In this document: in pieces, positions 1 through 9,718 of the stretch
Layout: every line of letters begins with the position of its first letter
Numbering within the stretch: the stretch's first letter is position 1
Assembly: GCF_039531675.1 (NCBI RefSeq)
Contig: NZ_BAAAQM010000050.1
Location: forward strand, 50,243 to 74,242
Origin: Catenulispora subtropica
GTDB taxonomy: Bacteria > Actinomycetota > Actinomycetes > Streptomycetales > Catenulisporaceae
Direction of reading: 5' to 3'
DNA: 24,000 nucleotides
The notes under the pieces: generated by a model
Told to the model about the DNA's origin: nothing
Databases searched by the model: none
What the model saw: only the letters and a program-made list of their open reading frames with translations
Position numbers and translations under genes: made by a program

Positions 1-344
1 GCCTGTTCTACCAGCTCGCCGGCCCCGCGGTCCGGGCCATCGACGGTCCGACGCAGTACTCGCTCTACCCGTCGAACGTCTCGGCCAAGCTGGCTCCCGC
101 GCATCCGGAGAAGGCCGCCGCCGAGCTGGCCGAGCGCCTTCGCAGGGTGCTGCCGGAGCAGGCCGCGGAGACGTTCCAGGGGGTGGCCATCATCGATGCC
201 AACGACCTGGGCTGCAACATCCTCGGGCAGGCCACGACCGTCTCCGAGGAGAAGATCGCGGAGATGTTCAAGGACAACCCTCTCGGCCAGGGCGCCCAGC
301 GGACTCCGCTGGCTGTGGTGGTGCTGCCGAAGCAGGGTTCTTAA
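1..344 (+). CDS. 3' fragment of a coenzyme F420-0:gamma-glutamyl ligase-like protein (5' end outside window)
   Basis: Open frame from nt 3 reads LFYQLAGPAVRAIDGPTQYSLYPSNVSAKLAPAHPEKAA...VAIIDANDLGCNILGQAT...FKDNPLGQGAQRTPLAVVVLPKQGS*. The IIDANDLGxNxLG and DNPLGQ segments resemble CofE-like ligase family proteins. Confidence 0.6.
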   Translation, partial: LFYQLAGPAVRAIDGPTQYSLYPSNVSAKLAPAHPEKAAAELAERLRRVLPEQAAETFQGVAIIDANDLGCNILGQATTVSEEKIAEMFKDNPLGQGAQRTPLAVVVLPKQGS

Positions 345-357
345 CCGAAAGCCGAAA

Positions 358-406
358 GCCGGAGGCCCGGGTCCCCTTGCGACACAGGGGGATCCGGGCC
401 TCCGGC
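358..406. terminator. Strong hairpin, probable bidirectional terminator between convergent genes
   Basis: GCCGGAGGCCCGGGTCCCC (358-376) pairs with GGGGATCCGGGCCTCCGGC (388-406): 19-bp stem with one G.U, 11-nt loop, located between stops at 344 and 420. Confidence 0.8.
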
Positions 407-419
407 CTGTTCCCCGTTA

Positions 420-611
420 TCAGTCGATCTCGTGGAAAGCGTGGTGGTGGCTCTCAGCCCACTCCCGCGCCTCGTCCCGCGTCCGCTGTCCCGGCGAGCT
501 CATCGTGCAGAGCCGGCACTCGGCCCGCCAAGGCCACCCGCCCCATGTGCAGTAGATGTCCGCGGGGCCGCGTTCGTTGTCCTGACGCTCCCTTGCGATG
601 GTGGCGTTCAT
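420..611 (-). CDS. Small Cys/Trp-containing hypothetical protein (63 aa)
   Basis: In-frame Met inside ORF 420..683 gives MNATIARERQDNERGPADIYCTWGGWPWRAECRLCTMSSPGQRTRDEAREWAESHHHAFHEID. Gene order and the convergent terminator support the strand. Confidence 0.5.
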   Translation of the reverse strand: MNATIARERQDNERGPADIYCTWGGWPWRAECRLCTMSSPGQRTRDEAREWAESHHHAFHEID

Positions 612-757
612 CAGACACCCCCTCCCTGGCGCCTCACCTCCATTGCACCAGCTCGGTGGCAATTGACACCAGAGGATTTCCACCGACGAACCCCACCGAA
701 AGCCCCACCCCGCGCAACGCTGGAGCAGACGCCCTGAGCCCGGCTAATCTACGCCTC

Positions 758-1309
758 GTGACTATCGAAGACGACGACGACCTCGTCCTCCCGGCGGCGC
801 TGGCCGCGATAGCCGCCCTCGGCTTCCCGGAAGCCGGCGAGGACGACGAGGACGAGGACGACCACCCCACCGTGGACTTCGAGCCCTTCGAAGAATTCCT
901 CGACGCCGAGGACACCACCGACTGGTTCCGCACCTGGACCGCCAACCCCGAGACCACCGGCGATCAGTTCCGGGTCTTCGGCCAGACCTCGGCCGGCGGC
1001 TACGCGGCGTTCTGGCTCGTCCGCGACGACGCGCCCCTGACCGACCAGCCGATCGTGTTCCTCGGCCCGGAAGGCGAGACCGGCGTCGTGGCCTGCGACC
1101 TGTCCGGCTTCCTCTGGCTGGTCGCCGACGGCAGCGGCCCGTACGAGGCCGTGGAGTACCCGACCCGCCGCTCCCGCCCGCACCCGGAGTTCACGGCGAT
1201 CGCCGAGAAGCACGCGACGGGCGAGCGCATGACGGCCCGGGAGGTCGTGGCGGCCGCCCGGGACGAGTTCCCGGACTTCGAGGACACGATGGCGGAGTTG
1301 GCGCGGTAA
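758..1309 (+). CDS. Hypothetical acidic protein, possibly SUKH/SMI1-KNR4-like
   Basis: GTG start within ORF 377..1309 gives 183 aa VTIEDDDDLVLPAALAAIAALGFPEAGEDDEDEDDHPTVDFEPFEEF...AAFWLVRDDAPLTDQPIVFLGPEGETGVVACDLSGFLWLVADGSGPYEAVE... TAATCT -10-like box 7 nt upstream of GTG. Confidence 0.65.
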   Translation: MTIEDDDDLVLPAALAAIAALGFPEAGEDDEDEDDHPTVDFEPFEEFLDAEDTTDWFRTWTANPETTGDQFRVFGQTSAGGYAAFWLVRDDAPLTDQPIVFLGPEGETGVVACDLSGFLWLVADGSGPYEAVEYPTRRSRPHPEFTAIAEKHATGERMTAREVVAAARDEFPDFEDTMAELAR

Positions 1310-1340
1310 GGCTGTTCGGGTTCGGGCCGCTTCGGTGTGT

Positions 1341-1382
1341 CGGCAGGCGCCGGCGCTGCTGGAGCGGCACGCGCGCCTGCCG
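1341..1382. terminator. Candidate terminator hairpin between convergent genes
   Basis: CGGCAGGCGC (1341-1350) / GCGCCTGCCG (1373-1382), perfect 10-bp stem, 22-nt loop, between stops at 1309 and 1465. Confidence 0.45.
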
Positions 1383-1464
1383 GTCGCGATCGGCGAGGTC
1401 GCACGTCAGCTCACTGTTCCCCCGGGGGCCGGGGGCCGTCCAACCCGGATTCGCGATTCCGCCG

Positions 1465-1944
1465 TCACCGTCCAGGCAGAACACAAGCCGCGTCGATCTC
1501 CAGCACCCGGTTCAACCGCCCGAACGCCAGCCACGACCCCAGGCACATGGTCAGCTCGACCACTTCCTTCTGCGAGTAATGCGCCAGCATCCGCTCCCAG
1601 AACTCGCCGTCCAGCTCATGGTGGCTCACGGCGTACCGCTCGGCGTACTCGGCTGCCAACCGCGTCCGCTCGTCGAAGGCGTCCGTGGTCCGCCACTCGG
1701 CGACGGCCTCGTCGAACCCCTCCTCGACCTTCACCCCGTCGCGGTCGGTCCGCCAGTCCAGACAGAACAAGCACCCGTTGATCTGCGCGATCCGCAGCCT
1801 CGCCGCCTCGAACTCGCGCAGTCCCAGGGTCGTGTGCTCGTAGACCGCCATGGAGAACGTCGCGGCCGCGGGGCCGATACCGGGGACCATCTCGCCCCAC
1901 ACGTATCCGATCGGCTCCTTGCCCTCCGGAATGTCGATGATCAC
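1465..1944 (-). CDS. Carboxymuconolactone decarboxylase / AhpD-like family protein
   Basis: GTG at 1944 preceded by GGAGG; 159 aa with ...LREFEAARLRIAQINGCLFCLDWR... (AhpD-like CxxC). Start overlaps upstream gene stop as GTGA. Confidence 0.8.
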   Translation of the reverse strand: MIIDIPEGKEPIGYVWGEMVPGIGPAAATFSMAVYEHTTLGLREFEAARLRIAQINGCLFCLDWRTDRDGVKVEEGFDEAVAEWRTTDAFDERTRLAAEYAERYAVSHHELDGEFWERMLAHYSQKEVVELTMCLGSWLAFGRLNRVLEIDAACVLPGR

Positions 1945-3020
1945 TGCGTCGCGCCTCCCCACAGCCCCGCCGCCGGGCGTAGTGGCACGTCCAGCGCGTC
2001 GTAGATCCCCGGCTCGCGGCCGGCCAGCCAGCCGATCGCGTTCACCAGCCGTCCGACCGCGGTGGCGTTGCCGCCCGCCGAACGGTTGCCGTCCTCGTCG
2101 GCCGCCTCGACGGTGACCTCGATCCGCGGACGCCCCTCGATCACCACGCGGTGCGCCCCCACTCCGTCCGGCGCCTGGGGCCATTCCGGGGCCACCGACG
2201 GATGGATCCGGGTCACGTGCTCGATGACGATCCGCGCGACGCCGTCGACGATCCCCCGCACCTCGAAACGCACGCCACCCTGGGTCTTTCCCTCGAAGCG
2301 GCCCATCGTCTCGGTCTCCACGGATTCCGTCAGCGCCGCCCGCTCGACGTGCTCCCGGATCTCCGACACCTCGACGCCGAGCGCCCGCGCCATCAGCCGG
2401 ATCTGCCCGCCCCACACCATCGTCGGCACGGTCGGCGCCGTCATCGGGGGCTCATAGTCCATCGGCTGCCCCATGCCGACCAGGTACCGGACCGAATCCT
2501 CCTGGTCGTAGGTCGAGTAGTCGAAGATCTCCTGACAGCGCACCGCTTCGATCTCGGTCCCCAGTCCGGTCATCAGCAGCGGCAGCACATCGTTGCCCCA
2601 CCCCGGATCGATTCCCGACACGAACAGCGACCCGCCGCCCTCGGCCACCGCCGCCAGGACCTGCTCCCGCTGCTCGGCCGGTGCGCTGCGCGGATCGTAG
2701 AACGCGTACAACGACGGCGTCACGACCACCGCGCCGGCCCGGATGGCGCGGTTGACGTCGTCCAGCGCCTCCTGCGGCCGGATCTCGCCGGACGCCGCGT
2801 ACACGACGGCCCGCGCCCCGCTCAGCGCCGCGTCGACGTCGTCGGTCGCCGCCACGCCCCATGGCCCGTCCTTGAGGCCGGCCAGTTCCCCGGCGTCCCT
2901 TCCCACCTTCTCCGGATTGCTCACTATCACTGCCTTCAGCACCAACCCCGAACACGCGGCGACCGCCCGGATCGCCGCGCGCCCGACATTGCCGGTGCCC
3001 CAGACCACCGTGGGGATCAT
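1941..3020 (-). CDS. NAD(P)-dependent dihydrodipicolinate reductase-like / amine dehydrogenase-like oxidoreductase
   Basis: 359 aa, N-terminal Rossmann VVWGTGNVGRAAIRAVAACSGLVLKAVIVSNPEKVGRDAGELAGL..., DapB_N-like fold. Confidence 0.75.
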   Translation of the reverse strand: MIPTVVWGTGNVGRAAIRAVAACSGLVLKAVIVSNPEKVGRDAGELAGLKDGPWGVAATDDVDAALSGARAVVYAASGEIRPQEALDDVNRAIRAGAVVVTPSLYAFYDPRSAPAEQREQVLAAVAEGGGSLFVSGIDPGWGNDVLPLLMTGLGTEIEAVRCQEIFDYSTYDQEDSVRYLVGMGQPMDYEPPMTAPTVPTMVWGGQIRLMARALGVEVSEIREHVERAALTESVETETMGRFEGKTQGGVRFEVRGIVDGVARIVIEHVTRIHPSVAPEWPQAPDGVGAHRVVIEGRPRIEVTVEAADEDGNRSAGGNATAVGRLVNAIGWLAGREPGIYDALDVPLRPAAGLWGGATQ

Positions 3021-3080
3021 CAGCTCTGCCTCACTTCGATCGTGCTCCGACCTCGCACCAGCCCGCTTCGGCCCCGGCCG

Positions 3081-4766
<1,686 letters not shown>

Positions 4767-4795
4767 CTACCGCCGGCGTGAGAAGTCACGGTCTA

Positions 4796-4822
4796 CTGAC
4801 GAGTAATATAACGGAACGTCAG
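4796..4822. promoter_or_regulatory. Second inverted repeat around AT-rich core in choA promoter region
   Basis: CTGACG (4796-4801) AGTAATATAACGGAA CGTCAG (4817-4822). The spacer contains TATATT on the minus strand, a potential -10. Confidence 0.4.
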
Positions 4823-4892
4823 ATGAGAAACCCCAGGTAGACCTCGCCGATGAGGGATACGACCCCTGAGACGCGACGTCAGGGCCGGGGTG

Positions 4893-5282
4893 TCACCGCT
4901 CCGGCGCCATCAGCCCGGCCAGTGCCGCCCCGTCGACCGCGGCGCGGCCGGTGCGCCGCTGATATCTCCGCAGGATGTCCGCGCGGCGCCGAGGGTGCCC
5001 TTTCCGCCGTGCGGGGAAGGTCGCCGCGAGGTCGGCGAGCAGGGCTCTGCGATCGACGCCGAGGTGGTCGAGCAGCCACGCGACGCCGGGATCCAGGCAC
5101 GCGGCCGCCAGGGCGAGATGCGCCGTCGAGTGGACGCGATCGCGTCGCCCCAACGCGAGTCGCAGCGACGCCTCGTAGCAGGCCCGCGCGCCAGCACCCT
5201 GCGGCGGCGTCGCCATGGCGGCGCGGCGCCGGGCCCGCCGGGCTCCCCAGGGCAGCAGCGGCTCGCGGCCGGTCGTCACCAT
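4893..5282 (-). CDS. Standalone Clp N-terminal (Clp R) repeat domain-like protein
   Basis: 129 aa MVTTGREPLLPWGARRARRRAAMATPPQGAGARACYEASLRLALGRRDRVHSTAHLALAAACLDPGVAWLLDHLGVDRRALLADLAATFP...; no AAA+ module follows. Confidence 0.6.
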   Translation of the reverse strand: MVTTGREPLLPWGARRARRRAAMATPPQGAGARACYEASLRLALGRRDRVHSTAHLALAAACLDPGVAWLLDHLGVDRRALLADLAATFPARRKGHPRRRADILRRYQRRTGRAAVDGAALAGLMAPER

Positions 5283-5296
5283 ATGCTGACGGCGCC

Positions 5297-5902
5297 TCAC
5301 CGCGGCGTCTGACTCCGATACGAGAACCCCAGCTCCTCGCTGAGCCCGAAGTAGTGCCGGAAGTTGTAGATCAGCGGCTCCCAGGCCCCCGGCTCGACGT
5401 GATCCGTCCCCGGCACCACGATCGCCGGGTCCGCATGCACCTTCAGCACCTCGGCCTCGACGATCAGGAAGTCCTTGGCGGAGTCCGGCTGCACCCGCGC
5501 CGCGCGCGCCTCGAACTGCAACCCACACTCCGCGACCCGCGGCGGCCGCACCGCCTCCGACGCCCGCGGCGTCAGCCCGGCCTCGCCGAACTTGTCGGCC
5601 ACGTACCGGCACCCGGCCGGTTTCGTCTCCGGCACCGGGTGCCGTCCGGTCACGCCGGCGAGCCTCTCCACCTGCCGCCACAGGTGCGGCCCCGGTACGT
5701 TGACGACCAGTTCCGGGCGCCGCGACAGGTTGTGGCCGGTCTGGCCGTCCTTGCCGAGGCCCAAGACGATCGTCTGGCCCAGCGCCCACGCCGACGACAT
5801 CGGGGCGAGGTTGGGCGAGCCGTCGTCGTTCTCCGTGGTCAGCAGGACCACCGGGGTTCCGAAGTACAGGATGGACGGTCTGATGGGGATCGTGCTGCTC
5901 AT
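5297..5902 (-). CDS. Flavin reductase-like (FMN-binding split barrel) protein
   Basis: 201 aa MSSTIPIRPSILYFGTPVVLLTTENDDGSPNLAPMSSAWALGQTIVLGLGKDGQTGHNLSRRPELVVNVPGPHLWRQVERLAGVTGRHPVP... Confidence 0.8.
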   Translation of the reverse strand: MSSTIPIRPSILYFGTPVVLLTTENDDGSPNLAPMSSAWALGQTIVLGLGKDGQTGHNLSRRPELVVNVPGPHLWRQVERLAGVTGRHPVPETKPAGCRYVADKFGEAGLTPRASEAVRPPRVAECGLQFEARAARVQPDSAKDFLIVEAEVLKVHADPAIVVPGTDHVEPGAWEPLIYNFRHYFGLSEELGFSYRSQTPR

Positions 5903-5925
5903 GCCGCGACCGTAGGCGGCCGACG

Positions 5926-5943
5926 CTTCGGCGGCGGCCGAAG
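5926..5943. promoter_or_regulatory. Inverted repeat in divergent promoter region
   Basis: CTTCGGC-GGCG-GCCGAAG perfect 7-bp arms between divergent genes starting at 5902 (-) and 5967 (+). Confidence 0.4.
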
Positions 5944-5952
5944 GATCACCGG

Positions 5953-5963
5953 GCGATAATCGC
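5953..5963 (+). promoter_or_regulatory. Palindrome GCGAT-A-ATCGC overlapping probable -10 GATAAT (5955-5960)
   Basis: GATAAT ends 6 nt before ATG 5967, consistent with leaderless transcription; palindrome overlaps it. Confidence 0.45.
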
Positions 5964-5966
5964 GCT

Positions 5967-6743
5967 ATGAGCACCGCAGTCCGTCGTCCCCGTGCCGCGG
6001 CCCACGCCGCGGCTTCCGCCCCCGCCGCCGCCGACCACGAAGGCCCGGGTCTGGCCGCGGTCGCCCGTCTGCTCGCCGACGGTACCCGTGCCTCGTTCTG
6101 TCTGGCGCTGCTCGACGGCCGCGCCTGGACGCCGACCGAACTGGCCCGCTCGGCCGGCGTCGCACCGTCCACCGCGACCGAGCACTTGAACGCGTTGGTG
6201 GCCGGCGGGCTGCTGACCGAGGAGCGGCAGGGTCGGCACCGGTACGTCCGTCTGGCCGACCAGCAGGTCGCCGAGCTGATCGAGAACCTGGCCGCGGTGG
6301 CGCCGCCCCGGCCCGCCACGCCGCCGCGCACCCTGTCCGCCGACAGCCGGCGCCGGGCGCTGGAGCACGCCCGCACCTGCTACGACCACCTCGCCGGCCG
6401 GGTCGGCGTGGCGATCGCAGACGCGATGACCGAGCGTGAGCTCGTCGACTGGGAGCACGGCCTGCGGCTCACGCCCTCCGGTGAGCGCTGGCTCTCCGAG
6501 CTGGCGATCGAGGTCCCGTCCACGGTCAGGCGCCCGGCCCTGCGGCCGTGCCTGGACTGGACCGAGCGCCGCCCGCACCTGGCCGGCACGGTCGGTGCGG
6601 CGCTGTGCGGGCACGCGCTGGAGGCGGGCTGGATCACCCGCGTCGGCAGCACCCGCGCGGTCCTCGTCACCCCGGCCGGACGCGTCGTGCTCGCCGAGCG
6701 GCTGGGCCTGTCGGAGGCGGTGCTGACGCCCGCACCGCGCTGA
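5967..6743 (+). CDS. ArsR-type winged helix-turn-helix transcriptional regulator
   Basis: 258 aa; LADGTRASFCLALLDGRAWTPTELARSAGVAPSTATEHLNALVAGGLLTEERQGRHRYVRLADQQVAELIENLA; C-terminal extension CLDWTERRPHLAGTVGAALCGHALEAGWI. Confidence 0.85.
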   Translation: MSTAVRRPRAAAHAAASAPAAADHEGPGLAAVARLLADGTRASFCLALLDGRAWTPTELARSAGVAPSTATEHLNALVAGGLLTEERQGRHRYVRLADQQVAELIENLAAVAPPRPATPPRTLSADSRRRALEHARTCYDHLAGRVGVAIADAMTERELVDWEHGLRLTPSGERWLSELAIEVPSTVRRPALRPCLDWTERRPHLAGTVGAALCGHALEAGWITRVGSTRAVLVTPAGRVVLAERLGLSEAVLTPAPR

Positions 6744-6976
6744 GGCGCCCACCCTTCACCACGGCGGGTGACGTCCACGCCGCGCATCCCGACTGCGGGT
6801 CCGAAGGAGTGTCGCGGCACGCATATATGCATGCCGACCTGGCGTCGAACCGGTGCGACGCGCCACCCGACACCCGTGGCGCGCCAGCGAGACAGTGAAT
6901 CAGAGCTCGAATAATTTCACTCCCGCGCGCGGCAGCGTCGCGCGATGGTCCCGTCCCGGGTTCAGAAGGGTGTGCG

Positions 6977-9034
6977 ATGTCAGTAAGTTCGAACAGTATG
7001 CGCCGGGCGCTGGCGTTCCTCGGAATGGTGGTGCTCGCGCTCTCCGCGGTGGCCTTAGGGCCGGCCGGCAAGGCGCGGGCCGCGGCGAACGTCGCCGTGG
7101 AGCTCGGCTATGCGGACGACCTGCGGGCCAACCCCGCGAACTTCCCGACGCCGTGGAACGGCTCGCCGGGTGTGGTCTTCAACGGCTGCACCGGATCGTG
7201 CAGCTTCGACGGCGGTGCGATCCGCTTCATCAACAACACCGGTATCCAGGTGCACGTCGACTACGTGAAGGTGCACTTCGGCACCTGCACCTTCGATCTC
7301 TGGAACAAGAACGTCCCGCTGGATCCGGGCCAGTCCCTGATCGACACCCAGACCATCAGCGGCCCGTCCGGCGGGTGCCCGGCGGACGGCAGCTTCGACA
7401 CCTCGGACGTCGGGCCGAACGGTGCCAACTGGTCAGGGCACTGCGACCAGTCCGGCGTCACTCCGGTCGTCGAGTTCTCCGTCGACGGCCAGCCCGGCAG
7501 CGTGACCGACAGCGGCCAGATCCTGAACACCAAGGGTGTCGACGGCGCCAGCTGCGGTATGGGCAACGAGTCGCAGCAGTGGGCTCCGGCGGGCAGCGTG
7601 CCGTGCCCGGGGTCGACGCTGGCCCTGTCCCCGGCCACCCAGACCGACGCGGTCGGCAGCTCGGCGAAGGTGACCGCGAAGCTGGCCAACAGCTGCGGCG
7701 ACCCGCTGCAGGGTGCGAAGATCGACTTCGCCGTCGCCGGCGGCCCGAACGCCGGTGCCACCGGCAGCGCCGTGACCGATGTCAACGGGAACGCGAGCTT
7801 CAGCTACTCCGGTGCGGTCACCGGTACCGATGTGGTGGGTTCCTTCACGACGAACCCGGCGGGCACCATCACCTCGAATACCGTGAAAGTGGTCTGGGTC
7901 AAGCGCACCCCCACCCTCACCATCGACGGCGCCTCGGCCACCGGCGACTACAACGACCCGGCTACGGTGTCCGGCACGCTGACCGACAGCGCGGGCCCGA
8001 TCGCCGGCGCCTCGGTGACGTTCACCCTGAACGGCGCCGAGACCTGCACCGGCACCACCGCGGCCAACGGATCGGTGTCCTGTTCCCTCACCCCGGGGGA
8101 GGCGGCCGGGTCCTACCCCCTGGCGGCGTCCTACGCCGGCTCGGCGACCGACGATCCGGCCGGCGCCACCGGGACCTTCGTGGTCACCCGTGAGGAGACC
8201 ACGATCGTCTACACCGGCAGCGCGCACGCCGCGAACGGCCGGCCCTACACGCTGTCCGGCAGCCTGAAGGAGGACGGCGCCACCCCGATCGCCGGCCGCA
8301 CCGTCACCTTCACCCTCGGCAGCGGCGCCTCGGCGCAGAGCTGCACCGGCACGACCGACGCGTCGGGCGACGCCTCCTGCACCCTGCCCTCGGTGAACCA
8401 GCCGAACGCGGCCACCGTCCCGGCCACCGCGGTCTTCGCGGGCGACGCGTACTACGTCCCGGCGTCCGCGTCCCTCAGCGGCGGTGTCGCCTTCACCACG
8501 ATGACCGGCAAGGCCTTCGGCCTGTCGTCCTCGGGCCTGGTCGGGATCACGCCGACCCCGCTGGCCGGCCCGGTGTCGACCACGGTGCCCGGTACCAGCA
8601 ACCCGCCGTGCGTGGCCACCATCAGCGGCCTGATCAACGCGGCCACGCTCTGCGCGGACGTGTCCACCGCGATCAGCCCGAACTCCTCGACGGCGAACGC
8701 GTCGGTGCAGCACGTCGGCATCGGCGTGCTGGGCCTCCCGGCGATCCAGATCGGCGCCGTGACCTCGACCTCGCACACCGAGTGCGGTGGCGGCACGGGT
8801 GACGCGACGGTCGCGTCCATCACCGTCGGCGGCATCGCCGTCCCGGTGAGCGTGCACCCGGGCCCGAACACCACCGTGAACGTGCTCGGCGTGAAGCTGA
8901 TCCTGAACGAGCAGGTCCACACCGACACCGCGACCGACCACGTGCTGACCGTCAACGCGGTGCACGTCGTCGTGCCCGGGCTGCTGGACACGGTCGTGGC
9001 CTCGTCGACGAGCGACATCCACGGGTGCTTCTGA
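6977..9034 (+). CDS. Large secreted Ig-like domain protein, choice-of-anchor P-like
   Basis: 685 aa, signal peptide MRRALAFLGMVVLALSAVALGPAGKARA; tandem Ig-like segments (TLTIDGASATGDYNDPATVSGTLTD..., TTIVYTGSAHAANGRPYTLSGSLKEDG...); C-terminal DHVLTVNAVHVVVPGLLDTVVASSTSDIHGCF typical of choice-of-anchor P-type proteins. Confidence 0.7.
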   Translation: MSVSSNSMRRALAFLGMVVLALSAVALGPAGKARAAANVAVELGYADDLRANPANFPTPWNGSPGVVFNGCTGSCSFDGGAIRFINNTGIQVHVDYVKVHFGTCTFDLWNKNVPLDPGQSLIDTQTISGPSGGCPADGSFDTSDVGPNGANWSGHCDQSGVTPVVEFSVDGQPGSVTDSGQILNTKGVDGASCGMGNESQQWAPAGSVPCPGSTLALSPATQTDAVGSSAKVTAKLANSCGDPLQGAKIDFAVAGGPNAGATGSAVTDVNGNASFSYSGAVTGTDVVGSFTTNPAGTITSNTVKVVWVKRTPTLTIDGASATGDYNDPATVSGTLTDSAGPIAGASVTFTLNGAETCTGTTAANGSVSCSLTPGEAAGSYPLAASYAGSATDDPAGATGTFVVTREETTIVYTGSAHAANGRPYTLSGSLKEDGATPIAGRTVTFTLGSGASAQSCTGTTDASGDASCTLPSVNQPNAATVPATAVFAGDAYYVPASASLSGGVAFTTMTGKAFGLSSSGLVGITPTPLAGPVSTTVPGTSNPPCVATISGLINAATLCADVSTAISPNSSTANASVQHVGIGVLGLPAIQIGAVTSTSHTECGGGTGDATVASITVGGIAVPVSVHPGPNTTVNVLGVKLILNEQVHTDTATDHVLTVNAVHVVVPGLLDTVVASSTSDIHGCF

Positions 9035-9056
9035 GCGACGTCCACGGATGCTTCTG
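9011..9056. repeat. Tandem duplication, 23-bp period, across the stop codon of the 6977..9034 gene
   Basis: AGCGACATCCACGGGTGCTTCTG (9011-9033) followed by AGCGACGTCCACGGATGCTTCTG (9034-9056), 21/23 identical. Confidence 0.9.
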
Positions 9057-9107
9057 AGCCGGTGAGCGATGGCTCTCCCGTTCTCGGGAAGGAGTGAGTG
9101 AACGCCG

Positions 9108-9141
9108 GACGGCCCGGCCGGGGAAACCCGGCCGGGCCGTC
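9108..9141. terminator. Perfect 15-bp hairpin with GAAA loop between convergent genes
   Basis: GACGGCCCGGCCGGG (9108-9122) GAAA CCCGGCCGGGCCGTC (9127-9141); flanked by stops at 9034 (+) and 9179 (-). Confidence 0.85.
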
Positions 9142-9178
9142 GGTGGTGCTTGGTGGTGCGTGGTGCGGTGAGGCGATG

Positions 9179-9718
9179 TCAGCCGGCGCAGGCGGTGCCC
9201 ATCGCGGTGGCGTCGGTCCGGAGCGAGGACATGTCCGGCGTGCCGCTGCCCAGCGAGTTCGCGATCTTCGCGTAGTCGTCGCCGAGCTTGTTGATCGCGG
9301 AGGCCGCGTCCGGCTTCTTCGACTTGCCGGCGGCGTCGTGCATCTTGGCCGCGATGTCCTGGAGCATCTTCTTGCCGCTGGCCGGGTCGCCCGGGTTCAG
9401 GCCGTTCAGCGCGTTGGACGCGGCGTCCATGGCGGCCTTGCAGCCTGGGTCGTCGAAGGCGCCTCCGAGGCTGTCGCCCCCGGAGGACGAGTCCGACGAG
9501 GAGGACGAGTCCGACGAAGGCGTCGAACCGCCCGAGGAGTCGCTGTCCGAGGACTTCGAGGACGACTTGTCGCCCGCCGGGGCGCTCGAGGTCTTGTCGC
9601 CGCCGCCCTTGGCCGAGGTGCCGCCGACGCTGCCTGACGAGGAGCAGCCCGCGAGCAGGAAAGCCGACGCGGCCAGGGCCACGCCGACGGTCGTGCGTAT
9701 GCCACGCGAGGTGGACAT
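9179..9718 (-). CDS. Small secreted lipoprotein with Ser/Gly/Asp-rich linker
   Basis: In-frame Met gives 179 aa MSTSRGIRTTVGVALAASAFLLAGCSSSGS... (lipobox LLAGC), SSDSDSSGGSTPSSDSSSSSDSSSGGDSLGG linker, then a small globular domain. Confidence 0.8.
   Translation of the reverse strand: MSTSRGIRTTVGVALAASAFLLAGCSSSGSVGGTSAKGGGDKTSSAPAGDKSSSKSSDSDSSGGSTPSSDSSSSSDSSSGGDSLGGAFDDPGCKAAMDAASNALNGLNPGDPASGKKMLQDIAAKMHDAAGKSKKPDAASAINKLGDDYAKIANSLGSGTPDMSSLRTDATAMGTACAG

Noticed and set aside
7433-9022. 529-aa minus-strand ORF opposite the secreted Ig-like protein
   Set aside because: Antisense shadow ORF; the plus strand has a signal peptide and coherent Ig-like domains.
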